In this document: one piece after another, positions 1-9,320 of the stretch | Numbering within the stretch: position 1 is the first letter of the stretch | How the letters are laid out: each line of letters starts with the position of its first letter | From: Deltaproteobacteria bacterium | GTDB taxonomy: Bacteria > Myxococcota_A > UBA9160 > SMWR01 | DNA length: 63,199 bases | NCBI GenBank assembly: GCA_032128115.1 | Contig: JAQBHB010000026.1 | Coordinates: 1 to 63,199 of the forward strand | Direction: 5' to 3' | The notes under the pieces: generated by a model | What the model was told of the DNA's origin: nothing | What the model saw: only the letters and a program-made list of their open reading frames with translations | The model's database searches: none | Program-made: the position numbers and the translations under genes

Positions 1-770
<770 letters not shown>

Positions 771-778
771 CTAACGAG

Positions 779-1636
779 CTAGAGCGCCTCGGCGCCCGAG
801 ACGATTTCAACCAACTCCTTGGTAATGGCTGCCTGACGTGCCCGATTGAACTGCAGGGTCAGGCTATCGATCAGTTCTTCCGTGTTGCGGGTGGCCGACT
901 CCATGGCGGCCATGCGGGCGGCGTGCTCCCCCGCCTGGTTCTCGAGCAGGGCACGGAAGACTGCCACCTCCACGGCCTTCGGCACCAGCACCTCCAGCAG
1001 CCGAGCCGCGCTCGGCTCGATATCGAAGGGCGTGGCCTCTCCGGCCTCCTCGGCCCCCGGATCCACCGGCAGCAACCGGGTCACCGTGGGCTTCTGGGTC
1101 ATGGCGGTGATGAACCGGCTGTAGACGAGGATCACCTCGTCGCAGCGACCCTGCGTGAACCGCGATGCCAGCTCGGAGGCGATCCGCACCGCATCCGAGT
1201 ACTGGACCCAGCCCTCGACGGGATAATCGGCGCAAAGCGTCGCCCCCCGGCGCCGGAAGTGCTCGTTGGCCTTGCGGCCCACGCTGGCCACCGACACCTG
1301 GCTGCCAGCGCCGCGCCGCTCGTCGAGCAGCTTCTGGGCGGCCTTCACCACGTTGCTGTTGAAGGCCCCGCACAGGCCACGGTTGGAGGTCACCACCACC
1401 AGCTCGGTGGTCTTCGTGTTTGCATGCGCCTTCAGCAGCGGGTGCTCGGCTTGCGCCTGGGACCGAACCACCCGAGACAGGGTGGTCTGCAGGCGTTCGG
1501 CGTAGGGCCGGGCGGCGTTGATCGAATCCTGGGCCCGGCGCAACTTGGCGCCCGCCACCATGCGCATGGCCCGGGTGATCTGCTGCGTTTTGGCGACGCT
1601 GCCGATCCGGCGCTGGATGTCCTTGAGGTTCGGCAC
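779..1636 (-). CDS. atpG: ATP synthase F1 subunit gamma
   Basis: MPNLKDIQRRI...QITRAMRMVA, RGLCGAFN, RQAAITKELVEIVSGAEAL; start moved to GTG at 1636. Confidence 0.97.
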   Translation of the reverse strand: MPNLKDIQRRIGSVAKTQQITRAMRMVAGAKLRRAQDSINAARPYAERLQTTLSRVVRSQAQAEHPLLKAHANTKTTELVVVTSNRGLCGAFNSNVVKAAQKLLDERRGAGSQVSVASVGRKANEHFRRRGATLCADYPVEGWVQYSDAVRIASELASRFTQGRCDEVILVYSRFITAMTQKPTVTRLLPVDPGAEEAGEATPFDIEPSAARLLEVLVPKAVEVAVFRALLENQAGEHAARMAAMESATRNTEELIDSLTLQFNRARQAAITKELVEIVSGAEAL

Positions 1637-1637
1637 G

Positions 1638-3191
1638 TCAGGCGGCCTGGCTGTCCCCGCTGGCGGGCGTGGGCTGGAACGCGTTGGCAAACTCGTCCAG
1701 GGCGGCCATCAGCTTGGTCTCGGTTCCTTCGCCCATGACCTTCTTCTCCCGGATGTCCTTCAGGATGTCGCCGTGGCGGGTGCGAATGAACTCGAGCATC
1801 TCGGTCTCGTAGCGCCGGATGTCGCCGAGCCCATATCCGCGCACCCAGGAATCGCGCTCCTCCCGGGGTGTGCACGCGTAGATGGAGACCACCTGCTCCT
1901 CCATGGACATGGGGGAGTATTGGTTCTGCTTGAGCATCTCGGTTTGTCGCTCGCCGTTTGCCAGCTGCTCCTGGGTGGCTTTGTCGAGATCACTTCCGAA
2001 CTGGGAGAAGGCCGCCATCTCCCGGTACTGGGCCAGGTTGAGCTTGAGCTTTCCCGCCACCTGCTTGGTGGCCTTGGTCTGGGCGCTGCCGCCCACCCGA
2101 GAGACCGAGATGCCCACATTGATGGCGGGGCGGATGCCCGCGTTGAACAGGTCGGTCTCCAGGTAGATCTGCCCATCGGTGATGGAAATGACGTTGGTGG
2201 GGATGTAGGCGGACACATCCCCGGCCTGGGTCTCGATGATGGGGAGTGCCGTGAGACTCCCACCGCCGTAGTCCTTGTTCAGGTTCGCGGCCCGCTCCAG
2301 AAGCCGCGAGTGCAGATAGAACACGTCGCCCGGGTAGGCCTCGCGTCCCGGCGGGCGGCGCAGCAGCAACGAGAGCTGCCGGTAGGCCACCGCGTGCTTC
2401 GAGAGATCATCGTAGACGATCAGAGCGTGCTTTCCGGAGTCGCGGAACCACTCGCCCATGGTGCAACCGCTGTAGGGCGCGATGAACTGGAGCGGTGCGG
2501 GCGAGCTCGCGCTGGCCGACACCACGGTCGTGTAGTCCATGGCGCCGTAGGCGTTCAGCTTGTCCACCACCTGGGCAACCGTCGACTGCTTCTGGCCCAC
2601 GGCCACGTAGATGCAGAAGACGTCGGTGTCCTTCTGGTTCAGGATGGTGTCGATGGCGATGGCGGTCTTGCCGGTCTGGCGGTCGCCGATGATGAGCTCA
2701 CGCTGGCCGCGGCCGATGGGCGTCATGGTGTCGATGGCCTTGATGCCGGTATGCAGGGGCTGGTTCACCGACTGGCGCGTCACGATGCCGGGGGCCTTGA
2801 GCTCCACCCGGCGCGTCTCCGTGGTGTCGATCGGTCCCTTGCCGTCGATCGGGCCGCCCAGGGCGTCCACCACGCGTCCCACCAGCGCCTCGCCCGCCGG
2901 GACTTCGATGATGCGACCGGTGCGGCGCACCACGTCGCCCTCGCGCACGTGGTTGGCTTCGCCCATGGTGGCGACGCCCACGTTGTCCTCTTCCAGGTTG
3001 AGCACCAACCCGGTCATGCCTCCCGGGAACTCGACCAACTCGCCAGCCATGGCCCGGTCCAATCCGTAGACGCGCGCGATGCCGTCGCCCACCGAGAGAA
3101 CCGTTCCCGTCTCGGCGACGTCGATCTCCCGTTCGTAGTCCTTGATCTCGCGCTTCAGGATGTCGGTGATTTCGCCGGGCTTGATGTCCAT
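1638..3191 (-). CDS. atpA: F0F1 ATP synthase subunit alpha
   Basis: [41 protein letters not shown]. Confidence 0.99.
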   Translation of the reverse strand: MDIKPGEITDILKREIKDYEREIDVAETGTVLSVGDGIARVYGLDRAMAGELVEFPGGMTGLVLNLEEDNVGVATMGEANHVREGDVVRRTGRIIEVPAGEALVGRVVDALGGPIDGKGPIDTTETRRVELKAPGIVTRQSVNQPLHTGIKAIDTMTPIGRGQRELIIGDRQTGKTAIAIDTILNQKDTDVFCIYVAVGQKQSTVAQVVDKLNAYGAMDYTTVVSASASSPAPLQFIAPYSGCTMGEWFRDSGKHALIVYDDLSKHAVAYRQLSLLLRRPPGREAYPGDVFYLHSRLLERAANLNKDYGGGSLTALPIIETQAGDVSAYIPTNVISITDGQIYLETDLFNAGIRPAINVGISVSRVGGSAQTKATKQVAGKLKLNLAQYREMAAFSQFGSDLDKATQEQLANGERQTEMLKQNQYSPMSMEEQVVSIYACTPREERDSWVRGYGLGDIRRYETEMLEFIRTRHGDILKDIREKKVMGEGTETKLMAALDEFANAFQPTPASGDSQAA

Positions 3192-3195
3192 GGAC

Positions 3196-3741
3196 TCAGT
3201 GACCTCTCGTCAGGCTGGTGCGCAGCTGTCGCAGCTGCGTGCGAAGGCTTCCGTCGAACAACAGGCCGTCAACCGTAGCGATGGCGCCGCCAAGCAACGC
3301 GGGATCCACGCGCTCGGAGAGCTCCACCTGGCGTCCGGTTCGCACGGCCAGGGCGCGTTGCAGGCGCTCGCGCTGTGAGGCTGCGAGCGGGGAGGCCGAG
3401 ACCACTTCGGCCGTGGTGCGGCCGGCGGCGGAGTCGGCCAGGTCGCCAAATTCGCCGTGGATCGCAGCGAAGTCCACGAGCCGGCGCTTGTCGATCAGGA
3501 ATGCACAGAAGTTCCGGACGCTGGCGCTGCATTCGGCGCGCTGGCACACGGCGGCCAACAGCTTGCGGCGCTCGGCCACCGGGTGGAGCGGCTGGAAGAG
3601 CGAACGCGCCAGATCGGGGCTCTGCTCGAACAGCCCCGCCAGGCGGTCGAGCTCCGAACGGATCGCGGGCACGGTCTGGTTCTCCCTGGCCAGGGCGAAC
3701 AGGGCCCGGGAGTAGCGGCGCGCGGCGGCGGATCTTCGCAT
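3196..3741 (-). CDS. atpH: ATP synthase F1 subunit delta
   Basis: [11 protein letters not shown]-terminus, VDPALLGG...DGSLRTQL C-terminus; position between atpF and atpA. Confidence 0.95.
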   Translation of the reverse strand: MRRSAAARRYSRALFALARENQTVPAIRSELDRLAGLFEQSPDLARSLFQPLHPVAERRKLLAAVCQRAECSASVRNFCAFLIDKRRLVDFAAIHGEFGDLADSAAGRTTAEVVSASPLAASQRERLQRALAVRTGRQVELSERVDPALLGGAIATVDGLLFDGSLRTQLRQLRTSLTRGH

Positions 3742-3744
3742 GAG

Positions 3745-4332
3745 CTAGGCGTTGCTTCCCGCGGCGCCGTTGCCGCCCGACTCGATCTTCTCGATGAACT
3801 CGTCGAGCAGCCGGTCCCGATCCGCATCCGTGATCTGCTCGCGCAACCGCTTCGCCGCCAACTCGATCGCCAGATCCGAGGTCTCTTCGCGAAGCTCCTC
3901 GCGAGCCCGGCGCAGCTCCTGATCCACAGCCGCCTTGGCATCGCGGCGAATGCGCTCCGCCGCCGCCTGGGCGGCGGCCAGGATGTGCGCTCGCTCCGAC
4001 TCGGCGCGCTCCCGCGCCACGCTTCGAATGTTCTCGATCTCGGCGTCCAGGTTGAGCAGGCGTCGCTGCAGGTCCGCGCAGCGCGCCTCGGCATCCGCTC
4101 GCAACCGGGCCGCCGTGTTCAGGTCGTCCTGGATCTGGTTGCGCCGGTCTGCGAAGAAGCCCTGGATGGGTTTTCGCGAGAACCAGATGATCACGCCCAA
4201 CAGGAGCACCAGGTTGATGGCGGGATAGATCAGGCTCTCGACCACACTGGCTTCACCACTCTCAGCCGCTGCCGGCGCCGCGAGCGCCCAGACGATGAGC
4301 CACGACGGAACGATCCACGCGCTGCGCCTCAC
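3745..4332 (-). CDS. atpF: ATP synthase F0 subunit b
   Basis: TM helix INLVLLLGVIIWF followed by charged coiled coil; GTG start overlaps the upstream stop (GTGA). Confidence 0.9.
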   Translation of the reverse strand: MRRSAWIVPSWLIVWALAAPAAAESGEASVVESLIYPAINLVLLLGVIIWFSRKPIQGFFADRRNQIQDDLNTAARLRADAEARCADLQRRLLNLDAEIENIRSVARERAESERAHILAAAQAAAERIRRDAKAAVDQELRRAREELREETSDLAIELAAKRLREQITDADRDRLLDEFIEKIESGGNGAAGSNA

Positions 4333-4871
4333 GAAAGCGACCTCCCCAGGATTCGCGACGCTGCCTCGGAGGCCAACTGGTCGGCCTGGACCCGCAGCGA
4401 GCTGCGCGTTTCGCCGAGGGCGCGCTCGATTTCCTGGCGAGCACGGCCCACCTCCTGTTCCGCCTGGCTGCGAACGTCCTGGGTCTGCTCGGCGTGCTCG
4501 CGACGCGCCACGTCCAATTCCGACTTGCGCGCGGCCTCGGCCTCTTCGCGGGCAGCCCGGACGGAGCGCTCGTAACGCTCGAGGATCTCGTCCGCCTCGC
4601 CCTCCACGCGGCGCGCGTTCTCGCGGTTGCCGGCGATCTTGCGATCGCGCTCCTCCAGCACCTTGAAGATGGGGCGGAAGATCAGGGCGTTGACGGGATA
4701 GATCAGGAGCGCGAAGGCGAGCAGTAACAGGGGAAGCGTTCGCTCGAAGTCGGGCATGAGAACCAGCCCGCCTTCTCCTGCGGCGGCCGGAGTTGCCGCG
4801 AGCACCCCGGTGGCCAGCACCCCGATCCAACCCCACCCACCCCAGGCGAATTCACGGTTCCGATTCGTCAC
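4329..4871 (-). CDS. ATP synthase F0 subunit b'
   Basis: LIFRPIFKVLEERDRKI after a TM helix, coiled coil, ends ILGRSLS; GTG at 4871 has GGAG upstream (start uncertain). Confidence 0.88.
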   Translation of the reverse strand: MTNRNREFAWGGWGWIGVLATGVLAATPAAAGEGGLVLMPDFERTLPLLLLAFALLIYPVNALIFRPIFKVLEERDRKIAGNRENARRVEGEADEILERYERSVRAAREEAEAARKSELDVARREHAEQTQDVRSQAEQEVGRARQEIERALGETRSSLRVQADQLASEAASRILGRSLS

Positions 4872-4962
4872 TGGACCTGCTCCGAGTTCCGTGGCGACCG
4901 CACCCCGGGCCACACCGCACCACAGTGCCGCTCGCAACGGTGAATGGATCCCGGCGCCCGGG

Positions 4963-4999
4963 TGGCTGCAAACACGACCAGCTGGCTGCAAACACGACC
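4963..4999. repeat. Perfect 17-bp direct repeat TGGCTGCAAACACGACC, period 20 bp, upstream of the atpF' operon
   Basis: Copies at 4963-4979 and 4983-4999, read directly. Confidence 0.9.
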
Positions 5000-5062
5000 G
5001 GCGGACCGAAGTCGATCCGCCGGGGCGGGGCGCGCCTGATTCTTGCACAGTCAGGGGGAAGT

Positions 5063-5461
5063 TCAAGGCGAGACGGGATCGTCCTCGGCCTGCAGGGACC
5101 CGGTGCGGCAGGTGCCCTCCAGGGTCGAACCATCGGCCACGGTCAGGACGGGCGTCTGGAGGCCGCCGACGATGGAGCCGCCGGGCAGCAACTCCAGTCG
5201 GCTCCGGGCCGACACGTGGCCCTCGATGTGGCCGGCCACCACCACCTCGTCCGCCTCGATGCTGGCGCGGATCCGGCCCGACTCGCCGATCCAGACCAGG
5301 CCCTCGGCGACCAACCTTCCACGCACGCGGCCATCGATCCGCGCCGGATCCGGGAGAACCACCAGACCCGTGAATTCATCCTCTTCCCGCAGCACGGTCG
5401 GCGGCGGCACACCAGCGGACGCCGGCGGGCGAACTCCCCGCTGCAACCTGGAATCAGCCAT
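5063..5461 (-). CDS. Bactofilin (polymer-forming cytoskeletal protein)
   Basis: Beta-helix pattern IDGRVRG...IGESGRIRASIEADEVVVAGHIEGHV...LTVADGSTLEGTC; directly after parB. Confidence 0.88.
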   Translation of the reverse strand: MADSRLQRGVRPPASAGVPPPTVLREEDEFTGLVVLPDPARIDGRVRGRLVAEGLVWIGESGRIRASIEADEVVVAGHIEGHVSARSRLELLPGGSIVGGLQTPVLTVADGSTLEGTCRTGSLQAEDDPVSP

Positions 5462-6350
5462 GGCCGAGCAGAATCCCGGTGATCCGGGCCAGGTCGTCCT
5501 GACCGAAGTACTCGATCTCGATGCGCCCCCGGGACACCTCGCCCAGGATGCGCACGCGAGTCTGGAGGCGCTGGCGGAGCGTATCGATGACGCGCGCCAT
5601 GTCGGGGTCCGGGGTCTTGCGGGCGCTCGCGTGGGTCCGCTGCTTGCCGCTGGTGCCGGACGCCAGGGCTTCGGCGGCTCGAACCGAGAGGCCCTCCTTC
5701 ACGATGCGATCGCGAAGGTGGCGCCGACGCTCCGGGTTGGTGAGGCCAAGCAACGCCTTGGCATGACCCGCGGAAAGGCGCCCCTCTTCCACGTCCTGCT
5801 GCAGCTCGCGCGGCAGATCCAGCAAGCGCAGGTGGTTGGCGATGGTGGAGCGCTCGAACCCCACTCGCTTGCCGATTTCGTCCTGGGTGGCGCCCGTGGC
5901 GGCCAGGGCCTGGAAGGCGTGCCCCAGCTCGATGGGGTTGAGATCGCGGCGCTGCACATTCTCGATCAGGGCCAGGCTCAGGCGATCGCGGCGCTCCACG
6001 TCCGCCACCACCACGGGAATCATGTCGAGGCCGGCCTGCTGGGTCGCCCGCCAGCGGCGCTCGCCCACCACCAGCTCATAACGGTCCCCGGCCTCCCGGA
6101 CCACCACCGGCTGTAACACACCGTGCTGTCGGATGGAGTCCGTCAGCCGGGCGAGCTCCAGCGGGTCGAAGGCCCTGCGCGGCTGCTCCGGGTTGGGATC
6201 GATCAGGTCCACCGGAAGCTCACGGGGCGGAGCCTGCGACCGGCCCGCCGCAGGCTGCGCCCCCACGGTTGCCACAGCGGGCGCTCCCGAGGGCGCCCCC
6301 GGAAGCAGCGCTCCCAGACCCTTTCCAAGCGCGTTTCGGCGACTGCTCAT
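5454..6350 (-). CDS. parB: ParB/Spo0J chromosome partitioning protein
   Basis: LGKGLGALL, PNPEQPR, GERRWRA (CTP motif), ENVQRRDLNPIE, HTH RSTIANHLRLL. Confidence 0.98.
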   Translation of the reverse strand: MSSRRNALGKGLGALLPGAPSGAPAVATVGAQPAAGRSQAPPRELPVDLIDPNPEQPRRAFDPLELARLTDSIRQHGVLQPVVVREAGDRYELVVGERRWRATQQAGLDMIPVVVADVERRDRLSLALIENVQRRDLNPIELGHAFQALAATGATQDEIGKRVGFERSTIANHLRLLDLPRELQQDVEEGRLSAGHAKALLGLTNPERRRHLRDRIVKEGLSVRAAEALASGTSGKQRTHASARKTPDPDMARVIDTLRQRLQTRVRILGEVSRGRIEIEYFGQDDLARITGILLGHG

Positions 6351-7171
6351 CGGTCGACCTCCTGACCGGGCGCGCCGTCTGGGCTCGCCCCGCTCGTACC
6401 TCGCGATGCCACCCGGCCCAGGAACTCCTCTGCCAGGGCCAGGTAGCTGGTCGCTCCCTTCGAGTGGATGTCATAAAGCAGGACCGGGCGGCCATGACTC
6501 GGCGCCTCGCTCAAGCGAACGTTTCGCGGAATGACGGAATCGAAAACGTCCCGCTCGAAATGGGCGCGCACCTCCGCTTCGACCTGCTGGCTCAGGTTGT
6601 TGCGCGGATCGGCCATGGTCAGGAGGATGCCTTCCAGCGCCAGCTGCGGATTGAGCTGCTGGCGCACGGCGTCGATGGTCTCGAGCAGACCCGCGAGTCC
6701 TTCCAGTGCGTAGTATTCGCACTGCAGTGGAATGATCACCGCGTCGGCGGCCGTGAGCGCATTGAGTGTGAGCAGGCCCAGCGACGGCGGGCAGTCGATG
6801 AACACGAAGTCGTAGGCGTCGCGGAGATCTGCCAGGGCCCGCTCGAACTGCCGCTCGCGATTCAGGGTAGAGACGAGTTCGATCTCGGCCCCGTAGAGAT
6901 CGCGACCCGACGGAACCAGATGCAGGTACTGGAGCTCCGTGGCGCCCACCAGATCCTTCATGACACAGCGACCGATCAGTGCGTCATAGACCTGGGGAGA
7001 GGCGGGAGAGGCGCCGAAGGCACTGGTGGCGTTGGCCTGGGGGTCCAGGTCTACCAGGAGAGTGGCCCGCTCGGACGCGGCGATCGAGGCGGACAGATTG
7101 ACGGCGGTGGTGGTCTTCCCGACCCCACCCTTCTGGTTCACGACCGCAACCACGCGACTGTGAGGCGCCAT
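6347..7171 (-). CDS. parA: ParA/Soj ATPase
   Basis: NQKGGVGKTTT, DLDPQAN, DCPPSLGLLT, PRNVRLSEAPSHG; alternative start at 7216. Confidence 0.98.
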   Translation of the reverse strand: MAPHSRVVAVVNQKGGVGKTTTAVNLSASIAASERATLLVDLDPQANATSAFGASPASPQVYDALIGRCVMKDLVGATELQYLHLVPSGRDLYGAEIELVSTLNRERQFERALADLRDAYDFVFIDCPPSLGLLTLNALTAADAVIIPLQCEYYALEGLAGLLETIDAVRQQLNPQLALEGILLTMADPRNNLSQQVEAEVRAHFERDVFDSVIPRNVRLSEAPSHGRPVLLYDIHSKGATSYLALAEEFLGRVASRGTSGASPDGAPGQEVDR

Positions 7172-7260
7172 GCGACCCGTTCCGATAGCGAAGGCCTGGA
7201 GGAGGCCCTCGTTCATATTTCCCGGGGGGATTAGAAGACGAAGTACACAGATACCACACG

Positions 7261-7377
7261 CCGGCCGCTCGGTCTAGCGGCGTCTGCCGATCCAGAGCGC
7301 CGGCCGCTCGGTCTAGCGGCGTCTGCCGATCCAGAGCGCAGGCCGCTCGGTCTAGCGGCGTCTGCCGATCCAGAGCG
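7261..7377. repeat. 39-bp tandem repeat x3 duplicating the rsmG 3' end and stop codon
   Basis: Unit CCGGCCGCTCGGTCTAGCGGCGTCTGCCGATCCAGAGCG at 7261, 7300, 7339 (one mismatch in the third copy). Confidence 0.95.
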
Positions 7378-7975
7378 TTCGATCTGGCCCGGCGGGTGCT
7401 CGGTAGGGCACGACGGTCTCCGAGACAACGTCCGCATGCTCTGGCACGAGAGGGGGGGCCGCGGAGCCGGGGATCGCAAGGATTCCACCCGATCGAGCCC
7501 AGGGAAGCATCCAGTCCAGGGCCTTGATCGGGGGAGCCATGGCCTGGGCGACCACGGCAGCGTGCGCCTCCGGCTCCAGGTCCTCGACCCGCCCGAGGCG
7601 CGGCTCGGCGTTCTCCAGGTTCAGATGGCGAATGGCCGCCCGCTGGAAGTGGTGACGGCGCTCCCGTGCCTCGACCAGGGTGATCCGACAGGCGGGTCGC
7701 AGAATGGCAAGGGGAAGACCCGGGATCCCAGCGCCCGAGCCCAGATCGGCCAGACTCTCCGTCTCGGGAAGCGCCGTGGACAGGGCGGCAGCCTCCAGGA
7801 CCAGCCGCGAAAGGATCGCCTCGAGGCCGCGGTGACCGGTGAGGTTCATGCGCTCGGACCACTCGGCTAGCAGAATCGAGAACTCGAGCAGGGCCTCGGC
7901 CTGATCGGCGGTGGCGTTGGGGCATACCTGCCGAAGCCCTTCCTGCAGGATCCTCCTGGCCCGATCAGGCTCCAC
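7352..7975 (-). CDS. rsmG: 16S rRNA m7G527 methyltransferase
   Basis: MNLTG, DLGSGAGIPGLPLAI SAM motif; directly upstream of parA. Confidence 0.93.
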   Translation of the reverse strand: MEPDRARRILQEGLRQVCPNATADQAEALLEFSILLAEWSERMNLTGHRGLEAILSRLVLEAAALSTALPETESLADLGSGAGIPGLPLAILRPACRITLVEARERRHHFQRAAIRHLNLENAEPRLGRVEDLEPEAHAAVVAQAMAPPIKALDWMLPWARSGGILAIPGSAAPPLVPEHADVVSETVVPYRAPAGPDRTLWIGRRR

Positions 7976-7988
7976 AGCTCAGCCTCAC

Positions 7989-8193
7989 CGTTCCACGTGG
8001 AACGTGCGATCAGGCTGGGCCAGACGTTCCACGTGGAACGTGCGATCAAGCTGGGCCAGACGTTCCACGTGGAACGTGCGATCAAGCTGGGCACGGACCG
8101 CGCAGGAGTGTTCCACGTGGAACACGGGTCTTGGCGGCCTGGATACGGAGCGTTGGAAACGGCCTGGGCCCCGCGAGCGTTCCACGTGGAACA
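7989..8193. promoter_or_regulatory. parS cluster: five 16-bp palindromic ParB-binding sites
   Basis: (C/T)GTTCCACGTGGAAC(G/A) at 7989, 8025, 8061, 8109, 8178; matches the known parS consensus; first three lie in a 36-bp tandem repeat; next to parAB. Confidence 0.95.
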
Positions 8194-8211
8194 TCGCGGG
8201 GCAGATATCGC

Positions 8212-9249
8212 TCAGGAATCGGATCGGGCGGCCGCGGAGCGCGCCTCCCGTTGGGCCTCCTCGAACTCGGGCGCTCCCTCGGGCACCACCACCACCTGGC
8301 GATAGCGTCCCTCGCCCATGCTCATCGTCGCGATGTCCTCTTCGTCACGCAGAGCCAGGTGGATCATCCGGCGGTCCCGGGCATTCATGGGGTCCAGCGC
8401 CACCGCCCGCTCGCTTTCCCGGGCGCGTCGAGCCACCCGCTGTGCAAGCCGGGAGAGATGCGCCTCGCGAGCGTCCGCATCACCTTCCACATCCACCACC
8501 ACCCGGGGCGGCTCGTCCGAAAGGCGGCTGGCGGCCTGATTCACCAGGAGCTGCAGCGCATCGACGGGTCGGCCATCGCCTTGGGCCAGGTCGGCGGCTG
8601 CGGCTCCGCTGATTTCGAAGGCCAGGAGGCCAGCCTCCTGGTTCTCGGCGATCTCGAACGGGCCCAGTTCCATGCGCTCGAGGATCCCGAGCAGATAGTT
8701 TCCTACCTCGCCCAGTTTGCCTCGAGCGGTGCCCACCGACGGCTCACCGCTGCGTTCCGGTCGCGCCTGCCGGGTCTCCTCCTCGTCGCGTCCGCGACCG
8801 CGTCCAGCATCCAGATCGGGTTCTCGGCTCGGGGCTTCGCGGGCTGGACCGCGAGCGCGATCCGGTTCACGACCGGAAGCTTCGCGGTCCCGCCCCTGGC
8901 CCCGACCCCGATCCGAGTCGCCGCGACCGCGCCGAGGGCCCTCGCTGCGACCGCCCCGATCGCGATCTCCGCGGCCTCGCGGGCCCCGGTCTCCGCGGCC
9001 TTCGCCTCGGCCCTCACCACGGCCCTCGCCGCGGCCCTCGCCGCGCCCTTCCGACGGCCGAGGCGGCTTGGCGTCCTTGCGCCGCGCCACGATCACATCG
9101 TGCCCGCCCAGGCCGTAGACCGCTCCCGGGGCAAAGCCGCCAATCGTCAGTTGATCCGCCTCGACGGCAAAAAACTCACACGCCTTGGCAATTGCTTCCC
9201 GCCGATTATCCCCAACGAACTCACGCGACTCGTTCTTCGCATCGTACAC
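8212..9249 (-). CDS. jag: Jag/EloR (KhpB) RNA-binding protein with Jag_N, KH-like and R3H domains
   Basis: Jag_N-like EFVGDNRREAIAKA, R3H PMNARDRRMIHLAL...SMGEGRYRQVVV; follows yidC. Confidence 0.9.
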   Translation of the reverse strand: MYDAKNESREFVGDNRREAIAKACEFFAVEADQLTIGGFAPGAVYGLGGHDVIVARRKDAKPPRPSEGRGEGRGEGRGEGRGEGRGDRGPRGRGDRDRGGRSEGPRRGRGDSDRGRGQGRDREASGREPDRARGPAREAPSREPDLDAGRGRGRDEEETRQARPERSGEPSVGTARGKLGEVGNYLLGILERMELGPFEIAENQEAGLLAFEISGAAAADLAQGDGRPVDALQLLVNQAASRLSDEPPRVVVDVEGDADAREAHLSRLAQRVARRARESERAVALDPMNARDRRMIHLALRDEEDIATMSMGEGRYRQVVVVPEGAPEFEEAQREARSAAARSDS

Positions 9250-9320
9250 AGCTTCTTCTCTCCTCTCGTTCTTCTCGTTCTTCTCTTCTCACCAACCTCG
9301 GCCGGCGCCGGGCTTCGGTC

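Noticed and set aside
7989..8193. Possible CRISPR array
   Set aside because: Repeats are 16-bp parS palindromes, the first spacers are near-identical, spacing is irregular, and no cas genes are present
7985..8305. ORFs with repeated FHVE peptides on both strands
   Set aside because: Translation artefact of the parS palindrome TTCCACGTGGAA
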